In this document: positions 39,571 to 49,353 of the stretch, piece by piece
How the letters are laid out: the number at the start of each line of letters is the position of its first letter
Position numbering within the stretch: position 1 is the first letter of the stretch
IMG/VR virus record: IMGVR_UViG_3300021962_000023
Coordinates: 134,535-198,534 of that record
Direction: 5' to 3' (one strand)
Length of the DNA: 64,000 bases
Origin: a virus
Notes under the pieces: generated by a model
What the model was told of the DNA's origin: nothing
Database searches by the model: none
The model's input: only the letters and a program-made list of their open reading frames with translations
Made by a program: the position numbers and the translations under genes

Positions 39571-39583
39571 TTAATCTTTTATT

Positions 39584-39591
39584 ATAAATAT
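39584..39591 (-). promoter_or_regulatory. putative late promoter motif ATATTTAT
   Basis: ATATTTATA 13 nt before the ATG at 39570. Confidence 0.5.
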
Positions 39592-39603
39592 TTTAATATT
39601 TTT

Positions 39604-40917
39604 TTATTGGAACTGCTCTTCCATTCTATCCCTATTAATATAGCCATCATTATAGTATCTATCATTATATGTCATACCACCTCCACCGCCACCACTATAT
39701 ACAGGCTGCTCTACAACAGGCATTGGTGTTGGTTTTGATATTGGCTCCGGCGTAGGTGCCGGTGGTGGTGAAACCTCAGGCGTTTCCACTATTGGTTGAG
39801 GTTTTGGTAGTGGCACGGGTGTTGGTTCTGGCATTGGTTTTTCTATTACAACTTCTTTTTCTATAACAGTTGTAATTGGTGGCAATTCCTTAGTACCTAT
39901 TACTTTAACATCAACTTTATCAGGAGAATAGATATTTCTTTTAATATCAATTTTAGTTTGGAATGATTCTAAATTATCTTGTATTTGTTTTCTCAACTCC
40001 ACAATACCAAATTCTTTTGGAACTTGATTATAATTAACACTTCTTCTTTTTAATGTTTTTATATTAAACGAAATACAATTATTTAAAATAGATTGAATTT
40101 CGGTTAATAAGATATTAAAATCATATTGTTCACAATCTTCAAACCTAGTTTCGGATGGTTTACCAAAAGTAGATTGAGATATATCGTAATATCTATTGTT
40201 TACCCAATTCTTTACACTATCTCTAAAATTTTCAAATACTCTCTTATTAAAAGTATCCAAATCTCTTAAACCAAAATCCTTTCTAATAGTTGCTCTAAAA
40301 TCATTTCCAAATTTAGCAACCAACGCATCATCTATTACTGATAATGAATTTGCTTCAAATTTATCAATCGCATCTAATATATTTTTCTTATAATATTTAA
40401 AATCTTTACTTAGATTATTTATCTTTTTAAATTCAGATTTAGTTATATTATTTATATTCTCATCTTTTGTTTTTAATGGAATGATACGAATTTCTTCTCT
40501 TGAAGGGGATATTTCTTGTATCCAAACTCTTTGTAATTCATTATCTGAACCAACTTTGTTTCTAACAAAATTTATATTAATTTTAAGAATACCATTTTTA
40601 AATCCCAAATCATTTAATAGTTTTTCAATGTCAATAGCTATTTCCTTTTGGCCGCCCCCATTTACTAAACTATACATATAATTTTTAATATCTTGCTTTT
40701 TTATATAAGCAACATTATTTCCCGATTTTTGTGGTAATAAATTACTATTAATATCGTAAACAGATACTTCCATAACATCATACTTACAGTCGCCAAAATC
40801 AGTATCTTCTATTTCATTTTTAGAAACAATAAAGAAATCTTCTGGTTGTAAAAAACGACCTTCATTATCTATCTTAGCATTTACTGCTTCGAAGTTTGTA
40901 TATTTTTTAATACTCAT
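39604..40917 (-). CDS. hypothetical virion-associated protein with a Pro-rich C-terminus
   Basis: 437 aa, with EISPSREEIR (also seen in related structural ORFs as I recall them) and a PEPTPVPLPKPQP...GGGGG tail. Confidence 0.65.
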   Translation of the reverse strand: MSIKKYTNFEAVNAKIDNEGRFLQPEDFFIVSKNEIEDTDFGDCKYDVMEVSVYDINSNLLPQKSGNNVAYIKKQDIKNYMYSLVNGGGQKEIAIDIEKLLNDLGFKNGILKININFVRNKVGSDNELQRVWIQEISPSREEIRIIPLKTKDENINNITKSEFKKINNLSKDFKYYKKNILDAIDKFEANSLSVIDDALVAKFGNDFRATIRKDFGLRDLDTFNKRVFENFRDSVKNWVNNRYYDISQSTFGKPSETRFEDCEQYDFNILLTEIQSILNNCISFNIKTLKRRSVNYNQVPKEFGIVELRKQIQDNLESFQTKIDIKRNIYSPDKVDVKVIGTKELPPITTVIEKEVVIEKPMPEPTPVPLPKPQPIVETPEVSPPPAPTPEPISKPTPMPVVEQPVYSGGGGGGMTYNDRYYNDGYINRDRMEEQFQ

Positions 40918-40923
40918 AATTTA

Positions 40924-42066
40924 TTAAAATGATTTTGGATGATTTTTTACAAAATGAATTGTATATGATTTCAATTCAGTACTACCATCAGCTCGTTTAA
41001 CATTAACAGTCATAGTTGTATCGTATCCTCTACTTTTGCCCCATCCACTAATCCATCCACCATATTCAGGGTCTATACCATCTCCACCACTTTTACTTAT
41101 TGATAATTTTAAACTTTCATCTTTACCACCCTCTATTTGGAAATTTGATTTTGGAAATATTAACCAAGGTTTTTTCATTCCACCGCCAACGGGTGCTGCT
41201 AGTTCAATTGTAACAGGTTGAGTATCGTTATTTACAAATCTCAATGTTCCACCTGTTACGAATTTAGTATCACCATTATCAGGATTCAATTTACCAACTA
41301 ATTTATAATTTGGTTCTTCTTTAGGTCCTTCAAATGTCAATACTACAACTTTATTTATCACATCACCACCACTAGCAGCTGCGGAATTGACGGTTGATTG
41401 TTGAATCGCTTGTTGTTGTTGAACCGCTCCCAATTGTGCTTGTAAACCACGGATAATTGCATTCAATGAATCAATTTGCTTTATTAAAGCATTAATTTGA
41501 GCTTTAAAACCTGTATTTTGGGATTGTAAAGATGCTCTTAATATGGATTCATCAACTGATTTTTGTAAAGATGTTGAAATTTGTCCACTTATATCACCAA
41601 TTGTACCACCCAATGTATCTAACTGATTTGCTAATAAATCATTGGTTTGTTCTATATTTAACTTTTGATTTATTTCAGTTTGTAATTTAGTATTCAAAGA
41701 TGAAACTTCATTTGTTAAATCACTAACATCATTTGTTAATTTTTCAACTTCTTTTCGTAAATCTTCAACTTCGGTTACTTTTTCATCATATAATGGTTTG
41801 GGTACTAAATCACGATTTATGGTAGGGATATCCGGCTTTAATTCCTTTACTTCTACATCAATCGCTTTCACCAATTCAACATCATCCAACTTTGTTTTAG
41901 TTAATGATTTGAATAATAAAGAAGATGCTACATTTTTATCATCTACAATAGTTACACCATATTGATTTTTAGCAATAGCAGATGAACCCGATACACTTAA
42001 TATCGATTCTAATCTTGCTTTTTTTTCTTCTTCTAACTTTAATGCTATTGCTTCTAAATTAGTCAT
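40924..42066 (-). CDS. coiled-coil protein with a C-terminal beta-sandwich
   Basis: Long heptad region (VEDLRKEVEKLTNDVSDL...QQQQ) followed by a beta-rich C-terminus; structural block. Confidence 0.6.
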   Translation of the reverse strand: MTNLEAIALKLEEEKKARLESILSVSGSSAIAKNQYGVTIVDDKNVASSLLFKSLTKTKLDDVELVKAIDVEVKELKPDIPTINRDLVPKPLYDEKVTEVEDLRKEVEKLTNDVSDLTNEVSSLNTKLQTEINQKLNIEQTNDLLANQLDTLGGTIGDISGQISTSLQKSVDESILRASLQSQNTGFKAQINALIKQIDSLNAIIRGLQAQLGAVQQQQAIQQSTVNSAAASGGDVINKVVVLTFEGPKEEPNYKLVGKLNPDNGDTKFVTGGTLRFVNNDTQPVTIELAAPVGGGMKKPWLIFPKSNFQIEGGKDESLKLSISKSGGDGIDPEYGGWISGWGKSRGYDTTMTVNVKRADGSTELKSYTIHFVKNHPKSF

Positions 42067-42067
42067 A

Positions 42068-43153
42068 TTATACTATTTCGAATGTTAATTTATCATCAAT
42101 TATGTATGTGATGCCCGATTGAATTACTTTTATTTTTAACTTATACACTCTATTGAATGGTAAAGTATTCAAATCTAATATGAAATAACTTCCGTTTGAA
42201 TCACAACTTAACTTTGTATATTCGCCAAATGGATATATAACCTCATTAGTTACATAATCTTCTAATTGATAATAAGATGTAGTTGGTAAATAGCTTGTAT
42301 TATCATAATCAAATGTTCCAGAGAATGTTCTCAATGGATACAATTCTCTACCTTTAACTCTTATTTTTACTTTAGTATTTTTTTCATATTTTGCTTTTAA
42401 ATTGGATAGTACCACTTTAAAATTTTCAGAAGGTATAGCCGATAGTGAGCCTGTTACAAATGATGAATCATCCCAAACTAATTCTAATTTTGGTTCGTAT
42501 ATTGTATGAGTTTCTTTTGAGAAAAACTTCAATACACCATAATCTAATGTATCATTTTCGGCATTCAAACTATGATGAATAATCATACCATTATTAGATA
42601 TAGAACCACTCAACCACATATTTACCATATTGGTTACATCCATTCTAACATCATCTGGTTCATAATTAAATGATTGAGAAGCGGAGCCACTTAAATACCA
42701 AACACCACCTTCTGCATTTGCCGAACCCGTTGTAGTATTTCCCGTTGTAGGATATATAGCAGTTCCCCCCGTCGTATCATATTCAACCCATTTATCTACT
42801 CCATTTCTATATTTCCAACTAACACCATCGGTTGATATATTATCAAACTTAGTGCCAGTTCCCATATTCCAACTTGAAGAAATGGCATTTGCATAAATCG
42901 AATATTCTAATGGAATTTCTTCTGAATTAGCTGATTTCAAATTTAAATATGCTTTCCAGCTGCCCGTTATTTCTCCACTAACTATTGATGCAGAAATAGA
43001 AGATACATCAAACTTAATTAGAGTTCTGTATATATCCTTTATATCTCCGTAATAAAGTTTACCTACTTCCAATATTTCATCTCTACCTGCATTTTGGTCA
43101 GGTTGTTGTAAGTAGATACTTGCATCGTATGATGATGTATAAAATTTATGCAT
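42068..43153 (-). CDS. DNRLRE-domain-like virion protein
   Basis: YDASIY...NAGRDEILEVG...RTLIKFDVS...PKLELVW pattern. Confidence 0.65.
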   Translation of the reverse strand: MHKFYTSSYDASIYLQQPDQNAGRDEILEVGKLYYGDIKDIYRTLIKFDVSSISASIVSGEITGSWKAYLNLKSANSEEIPLEYSIYANAISSSWNMGTGTKFDNISTDGVSWKYRNGVDKWVEYDTTGGTAIYPTTGNTTTGSANAEGGVWYLSGSASQSFNYEPDDVRMDVTNMVNMWLSGSISNNGMIIHHSLNAENDTLDYGVLKFFSKETHTIYEPKLELVWDDSSFVTGSLSAIPSENFKVVLSNLKAKYEKNTKVKIRVKGRELYPLRTFSGTFDYDNTSYLPTTSYYQLEDYVTNEVIYPFGEYTKLSCDSNGSYFILDLNTLPFNRVYKLKIKVIQSGITYIIDDKLTFEIV

Positions 43154-45165
43154 TATAAAGCCCTCCCTTTTATGTCTTTGTTTGGATATTTTACTTCAAA
43201 TATAGATGGGTCTAACGATGGATAAATAATTTTACCTTTAGTTGCTTGCTCTATATTATATCTATTTGTTGAATAATTACCATCCCCACCACATAAATTA
43301 TGAATTTTTACAGATGGAACGCTCATAACTCCTTCTACATTTGCCAATATTAATTCTATTTCCGAAATATTGATTGGTTTATTAAATGTCCAATTATCTA
43401 TATCGAAATATTTTTGCATTTCTATCAAACAACTAGCTAATACTTCGTTTTTATTATAATTTTGATAACAAATTACTTCAAAATCCAACCCAACATTTAT
43501 AATAAATCCATTTATAATATTAACTGCATCGGTAATCATTCTATATTCACCTAAATAGGTTTTAAGATTTTGTTTAACCGCATCGTTTATATTTGTTAAA
43601 TTTTTATTAGAATCATATCCCAAAATATACATATTGATTGCAAACGGATTATTTACTTCCGATATTGCTGTTTTCTTTTGAGTAAGATATTTAACTAATT
43701 CTTTTTGAATATCCGATTTAGATTTATCTTTTAATCCCTCTACAACACCTACAAATTCGGTAATATTTTTTGGGTTAGCAAGTATTGATGCCGGTGAATT
43801 ATTATCAATTTCCCCATCAGGAGAAACATATGCCTTAGCAATACTACCATATCTTTCTGGCATAGATAATGCTCTTACAATGTAATCCTGTCTAGTCACT
43901 GCTCTATTTTGAGAACCAAACATTGCCAATGCATTTTGTCTAATTTCTTCAATAGATTCACTACCTCTACCACCAACTGCAGGTTCTAAGTTTTCAACCG
44001 CAATCGATTGTTTCATAGCATCATACAATGATTGATTTGTTATTGAGATTAAATCTTCATCAAAATCAATTTTATTTAATTTTACCAAATCGCCAGTATT
44101 AACATTCGAACTAACTCCCCCACCAACTAGATATTTAACAGTTATGGTTGTATTAGTAGGAACTACACCAAATGTATTTGTTTTTAAGAAATTTGATGGG
44201 TCAATACCTTCATTCAATCTATTAATAGAATTAGCTAACCCCAATCCTACATTTTTTGGATTTGGTAATAAAATTTCATCATTCATAGATGTATCACCAC
44301 TACCAAATTGTATATCCATAGTATTATCAGAATTTACCTTTACGGAAAATCTTCTTGGAACTTTTTGTACTTCCAAAATATATGGAACATCGGATACATT
44401 TGAATATAAATCCGAATTGGCTTCTATATTTGGTTTTTCAACAAATATACTTTCTTGTGCCAAATATGGAACTTCATAGTATTTGTTATTATCACTATCC
44501 GTAACTGATACTATTGAAATTATATTCTCATCATTTAACTCTATCTTAGGATATGATTCATATGAAGCAAATGAATACGATGTTTCTTTTTGTATAGCAG
44601 AAATTGCTTTGACTTTTTTAGTCAACAAATAAAAAGTAGGTTCGCCATTCCCATCTCTCTCATGCACATCAACTTCTCTACTTCCTGTTAATGAAAAATC
44701 AACTATATCGGTAGTTCTAAAAACTACATTTGAATTGGTGGTAGAACTAATCTCCATCCCTTCTTTTATTCTAACACAATATGTTTCATCGGGTCTATTG
44801 TTATCACCACTACCAATTGCTGGTAATAATTGATATACAGTTATAGTTGTTACCGCTGGTGATGTTACTTTTGGTTTATATCCCATAGTTTGTGCCAATG
44901 CAACTACATTCTTTCGTTCGGTTGCATGTGATAACATCGATTCTTTTAATTGTGTATCTTGGTAAAACGCAAGAATATCACCGATAGCTGATGCTTGTTC
45001 AATGAACACCATACCAGGCGAAGCTTCATTGAAATCTGAATATGTATTTGGAAAATAAGTTTTAGCATATTCAATAAGATTTTCTTTAAACGTGGCAAAA
45101 TCTTTACCAACATAATTTATATTCTTACCGCTACCAAAACTCTTATCAACAGACTTTATTGCCAT
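43153..45165 (-). CDS. baseplate wedge subunit (T4 gp6 / baseplate J-like)
   Basis: Motifs DFATFKENL, DFNEASPG, AQTMGYKP, FGSG, GGRGSES and QNRAVTRQDY. Confidence 0.85.
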   Translation of the reverse strand: MAIKSVDKSFGSGKNINYVGKDFATFKENLIEYAKTYFPNTYSDFNEASPGMVFIEQASAIGDILAFYQDTQLKESMLSHATERKNVVALAQTMGYKPKVTSPAVTTITVYQLLPAIGSGDNNRPDETYCVRIKEGMEISSTTNSNVVFRTTDIVDFSLTGSREVDVHERDGNGEPTFYLLTKKVKAISAIQKETSYSFASYESYPKIELNDENIISIVSVTDSDNNKYYEVPYLAQESIFVEKPNIEANSDLYSNVSDVPYILEVQKVPRRFSVKVNSDNTMDIQFGSGDTSMNDEILLPNPKNVGLGLANSINRLNEGIDPSNFLKTNTFGVVPTNTTITVKYLVGGGVSSNVNTGDLVKLNKIDFDEDLISITNQSLYDAMKQSIAVENLEPAVGGRGSESIEEIRQNALAMFGSQNRAVTRQDYIVRALSMPERYGSIAKAYVSPDGEIDNNSPASILANPKNITEFVGVVEGLKDKSKSDIQKELVKYLTQKKTAISEVNNPFAINMYILGYDSNKNLTNINDAVKQNLKTYLGEYRMITDAVNIINGFIINVGLDFEVICYQNYNKNEVLASCLIEMQKYFDIDNWTFNKPINISEIELILANVEGVMSVPSVKIHNLCGGDGNYSTNRYNIEQATKGKIIYPSLDPSIFEVKYPNKDIKGRAL

Positions 45166-45167
45166 TA

Positions 45168-45605
45168 TTAATTATTTATATCTATTTGTACTGAATCTTG
45201 TATGTTTTTATTTGATTTCAAAGAGAATTTTAAATCTAAGCTAATTCTATTGGCATCAATATCATTTTCATCATAATCAAATATAATTTCATCGATATTC
45301 AAATATGGTAACCATGTATCAACTGCTTCCAATATAGTTCTCTCTATATCCCCTTCTATTTTATCTTCTATAATTGGTTCAAATAAAATTTTCCAAATAT
45401 CACAACCAAATTCCGGCTGCATTAACCTTTCACCTTTATGAGTTAAGATTAAGTTTTTTAAATTATTTTTAGCTTGAGAAATTGTAGTAAAATTAACAGC
45501 AAATACGCCATTGGAATCCGATGTAGTGTTTACACCAATTCCCAATATTTTATAATCGTTTTCAGCTAAATCCGTTACATTAACTTTACCAAGCTCTATT
45601 GCCAT
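45168..45605 (-). CDS. baseplate wedge subunit (T4 gp25 / GPW family)
   Basis: NLILTHKGERLMQPEFGCDIWKILFEP. Confidence 0.9.
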   Translation of the reverse strand: MAIELGKVNVTDLAENDYKILGIGVNTTSDSNGVFAVNFTTISQAKNNLKNLILTHKGERLMQPEFGCDIWKILFEPIIEDKIEGDIERTILEAVDTWLPYLNIDEIIFDYDENDIDANRISLDLKFSLKSNKNIQDSVQIDINN

Positions 45606-46108
45606 TATTTAAATCTCTTTACTAATTCTGAATAATCTCTTGTTAATGCTTTTATAGTAGCATCTTGCAACCCATCGCCAGTTGATTCGAATTGAGGAGT
45701 GCCAGTTGGTACATCCACATCTCTAAAATCCATAGTTTCCCATTCACTCTCATCAACTCTCAATTCAGGTTTAATCATATCCAATACACTACCAACTGCA
45801 CTTGCGCCTTCTTTTCTTTGCTCTGCTGTAAATGGTTGTGTCATATTAAGAATCTCATTAATCATAGGGTCTTTTGAAAATTCCTTTTGAATTTGAGGTC
45901 TTTGTTGTTGTACAATTGGTTGTTGCTTTCTAACAGGAGTAGGAGCAACTTCTGTCATCTCTCTCAATGATGGAGTAGATGGTTTTCGTTGTGAGTTTAA
46001 TGTAACCGCACCAGATTTAATTAATTTAGCTAATTCTTCTTTAACTTGTTGTTTAACTTCATTTTTAACAACTTCCTTAATTAAACCTACTAATAATTTT
46101 GAATCCAT
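45605..46108 (-). CDS. hypothetical protein
   Basis: The start was moved to the ATG at 46108 (MDSKLLVGLIKEVV), which lies downstream of an ATATTTAT motif; the track's longer start overlaps the upstream gene. Confidence 0.7.
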   Translation of the reverse strand: MDSKLLVGLIKEVVKNEVKQQVKEELAKLIKSGAVTLNSQRKPSTPSLREMTEVAPTPVRKQQPIVQQQRPQIQKEFSKDPMINEILNMTQPFTAEQRKEGASAVGSVLDMIKPELRVDESEWETMDFRDVDVPTGTPQFESTGDGLQDATIKALTRDYSELVKRFK

Positions 46109-46131
46109 AGTAATTGTGTATATGTTTAGTA

Positions 46132-46139
46132 ATAAATAT
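46132..46139 (-). promoter_or_regulatory. putative late promoter motif ATATTTAT
   Basis: ATATTTATT 23 nt before the ATG at 46108. Confidence 0.5.
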
Positions 46140-46152
46140 AAAAAGATTAAAT

Positions 46153-46956
46153 TTAATCGGAAACCGAATATCCGGACCATTGCAATACCGATGGAGCAGG
46201 GGGGGCAGGTGGTGGATACTGACTAAATAATAAAAATATACCACCCACAGTAAATAAATGTATTTTAGCACATAAAATAAATGTATCCAAAAACATATTA
46301 GAATCCATATTGGGAAATATTGGGAGTTTAGTCCAAGTTCCTGGATTTAATACTAAATTAGGTGATGGTATTTTTATTGATTTAAAATCTTGCATCTCAA
46401 CAAACGCATCAAATATTTCTTGCTCCGTTAATAAAGATGATGGATATTTCTTTTTTAAAATTCCTTCTATGATTTCCTTCAATGTTAATTCACCATAATC
46501 TTTTGTTTTTATTTTTTTATTAAAATCCACTTTAGGCTTTAATGCTTTTTGGGCTGCTGCATCTGCTGCTAATAATATGGGATTAACCATTATATTTGAA
46601 ATCGAACCGGGAGCAGGTATTGTGCCCGGCCATCCCGTTGGATTTATTGTTGGATTTGGCATTGGTGCCATTCTAGCTCCCATCCAATATGCCATTACAG
46701 CCGGCCCCAACGCATCTAATAAATCTATTTTAGTTCCACCATTTTTTTGTGTCTTTTTAAGTAATAGAGTTAAAATTATTACAAATAATTTTTTATTTCC
46801 TTTACCAACTGGAACTCCATTTAATAAATCACCACCTCTTTTTAAACATGCATCATATTCATCTACAAAAGCTAAAGCAAATTCCTCTATACTACCACCA
46901 AAGGCTTTAGATTCGAATTTAGGAAGTAAATTTGCTTTGAATGTATTCCAAGACAT
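46153..46956 (-). CDS. hypothetical Pro-rich protein in the baseplate block
   Basis: 267-aa ORF directly after the spike-like gene. Confidence 0.65.
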   Translation of the reverse strand: MSWNTFKANLLPKFESKAFGGSIEEFALAFVDEYDACLKRGGDLLNGVPVGKGNKKLFVIILTLLLKKTQKNGGTKIDLLDALGPAVMAYWMGARMAPMPNPTINPTGWPGTIPAPGSISNIMVNPILLAADAAAQKALKPKVDFNKKIKTKDYGELTLKEIIEGILKKKYPSSLLTEQEIFDAFVEMQDFKSIKIPSPNLVLNPGTWTKLPIFPNMDSNMFLDTFILCAKIHLFTVGGIFLLFSQYPPPAPPAPSVLQWSGYSVSD

Positions 46957-46957
46957 A

Positions 46958-48166
46958 TTATTTGGATAAATAGTTTCTAGCCGAAAGGATAGTTTTCAAT
47001 TTAGATTTAATTGCTGAGAAAGCGGCTGCATTAACTGGTCCAGTTGCGGTTGGTCCTGTTGGAGTTGCATATATTTGTTGATTTATTGCATCAATCAAAT
47101 CACTCATTATTTGAACTAGCTCACCCCCTAATACCATTTTTTGCACATCTGCTCCAGCATCACCAACTCCTTTATCTTTACCTAAAAATATTTTACCATT
47201 TTCAGAATTAAGGAATATTTGATTTGCTCCTGATGAATGTATTGTTACATTTTTATTAGTATGAACATATACATCTTTTTCGGCATCAATTGAATATTGA
47301 CCATCGGTAATCACACCAGTGTTTCCTTTACCATAAATGATGAATTCACTAGCTTTTGCAGATAATAATATTCTATCCGAATTTATAAATAATTGGTCAC
47401 CTTTTAATTTATCAGATGGTGGAAAATCTTTAAATGCTTTCTTTTCTTTCTTTATAGTTTCCTTAAATGGGATTTTTACTTTATTTGATGTAATATAAAT
47501 CGATGTACCATCTTTATTAATATCTTCATCAACTAATGTACCAACTGGTTTAGAATTTAATTCTAAATTTTGTTTATTACGAATAAAAATAGATGGAGAT
47601 GATGTTTTACCATCTTCCGTTAAATGAAACTCACTAAATCTAATTGTATTACCAACTCTACCACTTATAATAGTATCACCTTCTTTTGGATTTAAAAATT
47701 TAATAGCATCATTTATCTTATATGCTTTTTCAGAAGATTTTGTTTTTACGGGTGGAGTATTTGCTATACCCGTTTCTTTTGATTCGCTATATTCTTTATT
47801 TTTGTTTTTTGATGATACTTCTTCAATTGGTTTTTCTTTATTAATTTCAGAAGTTTTATAATCTTCTCTATAATTTGGATAATGATTATTGGAATATGGC
47901 AACCAAAAATAATCATTACCAATTACGATAATCATTACAGTTTCTCCCAATATGGGATATGTCATATTATTTTTATCAAATGGAAATGCATATGCTTCTT
48001 GGGAAATAGAAGATTCTCTTTTAAATTCAATAGCACCTAAAAATCTAACATCATTATCATCAAATGATGGATTTTCACTATATTTTTTTATGTAATCCTT
48101 ATCTTTACTTAATGGTTTATCGGATTTCAAATAAACTTTAGTAACAGCTGCTAAGAATGCTTCCAT
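46958..48166 (-). CDS. baseplate hub/spike protein (gp5/gpV-like)
   Basis: N-terminal OB-fold-like YPILGETV, then GDTIISGRVGNTIRFS, beta-strand repeats and a C-terminal PTGPTATGP. Confidence 0.6.
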   Translation of the reverse strand: MEAFLAAVTKVYLKSDKPLSKDKDYIKKYSENPSFDDNDVRFLGAIEFKRESSISQEAYAFPFDKNNMTYPILGETVMIIVIGNDYFWLPYSNNHYPNYREDYKTSEINKEKPIEEVSSKNKNKEYSESKETGIANTPPVKTKSSEKAYKINDAIKFLNPKEGDTIISGRVGNTIRFSEFHLTEDGKTSSPSIFIRNKQNLELNSKPVGTLVDEDINKDGTSIYITSNKVKIPFKETIKKEKKAFKDFPPSDKLKGDQLFINSDRILLSAKASEFIIYGKGNTGVITDGQYSIDAEKDVYVHTNKNVTIHSSGANQIFLNSENGKIFLGKDKGVGDAGADVQKMVLGGELVQIMSDLIDAINQQIYATPTGPTATGPVNAAAFSAIKSKLKTILSARNYLSK

Positions 48167-48570
48167 TATAATTTAGTTTTTATTTCTTCTATTTCAATTT
48201 GAATATCGCCTAATTTTTCATCGGCTTTTTTCTCCACTTCATTTATAGTATCTTCCATATCTTGCAATAATTGAGCTTTTTCATTTTCACTCAACCAACC
48301 ATCTTCGCCAATACCTTTAGCTTCTGCTGCCGCTAATCTTTGTGCAATTGTTGCAAGTTTAATTAGATGGTCATCGTTTTTAATAGATGCATCTATAAGG
48401 TCTTTTATGATTGGTGCAAGGACTGTTGCTTCACCTACATTACGAATTAATTTACGAAGAGATTCAATCATTTCTGAAATATTCTTCTTCTTAGTTTGTT
48501 GATTATCGTAAATATCTTTAAATAATGATGATAAGTTTTTACCATCAAATAATTGAAATTCTGTTGCCAT
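48166..48570 (-). CDS. hypothetical helical protein
   Basis: 134-aa ORF coupled to both neighbours by 1-nt overlaps. Confidence 0.7.
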   Translation of the reverse strand: MATEFQLFDGKNLSSLFKDIYDNQQTKKKNISEMIESLRKLIRNVGEATVLAPIIKDLIDASIKNDDHLIKLATIAQRLAAAEAKGIGEDGWLSENEKAQLLQDMEDTINEVEKKADEKLGDIQIEIEEIKTKL

Positions 48571-49346
48571 TATATTAATTTGTTTCCTACTATATAATTA
48601 TAAAGTTCTTCACTTATTAGTTTGTAACCTTCTTTGTTAGGATGCTGTGCTATCTTCATTGGGTTTGGAGTTTTTTGTTCCCATATAGGTTGACCTGAAT
48701 AATTTTTCATCATCCATTGCTCCATTGATATTTTAGCAAATCCCCAATAATTGTTTTTATTTATCAAATAAGTAATATCATCTTCTTTATTTAAACTCTG
48801 AACCATTAAGTCAAAAGCATCGCACATAATATACTTTATATTGTAAGATTCTAACATTTTTTGAAGAAAGATAATGTAATTTTGATTAATGATATTATAA
48901 TAATTTTGATTAAACATATTTCCTATAAAGAATTGTTTATATTCAGCTAAGAATGAATTAAATTTATCATCACCATATGTATATGAATTAAAAAACTTTT
49001 GAGGTAATTTAGCTAATTCATTTTGTCCCCAACTAATCCATTCACCTTTAGGTAAAAAGGGAACATAATCTCTTAAAGAAGAACTCCACATAATTGTTAC
49101 AAAATCTCCTTTATGAATTTTACCATTTCTTAAATCATTAATTACATCATTGAATATCACATTATTGGCTTTTCCACTCCAACCATTATTTACATATTCC
49201 AACCCAAATCTAACAGCAAGGTGATTTGCCCAACTATGTTCATTTCTAAATAATTGTAATTGTAATCTATCTTTGAATTGCTCTTCTTCGGGCCAGTTTG
49301 CTCCTTCACCTTCAGTCCAACTATCGCCGTATGCGTGTAATTTCAT
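48570..49346 (-). CDS. SGNH/GDSL-like protein
   Basis: Motifs AYGDSWTEGEG, NNGWSG and QHPNKEGY. Confidence 0.6.
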   Translation of the reverse strand: MKLHAYGDSWTEGEGANWPEEEQFKDRLQLQLFRNEHSWANHLAVRFGLEYVNNGWSGKANNVIFNDVINDLRNGKIHKGDFVTIMWSSSLRDYVPFLPKGEWISWGQNELAKLPQKFFNSYTYGDDKFNSFLAEYKQFFIGNMFNQNYYNIINQNYIIFLQKMLESYNIKYIMCDAFDLMVQSLNKEDDITYLINKNNYWGFAKISMEQWMMKNYSGQPIWEQKTPNPMKIAQHPNKEGYKLISEELYNYIVGNKLI

Positions 49347-49353
49347 AACTTAT

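Noticed and set aside
46109-46271. The N-terminal extension of 45605..46180 and the minus ORF 46077..46271
   Set aside because: They overlap the end of 46153..46956 and the ATATTTAT motif, and have low-complexity AT-derived translations.
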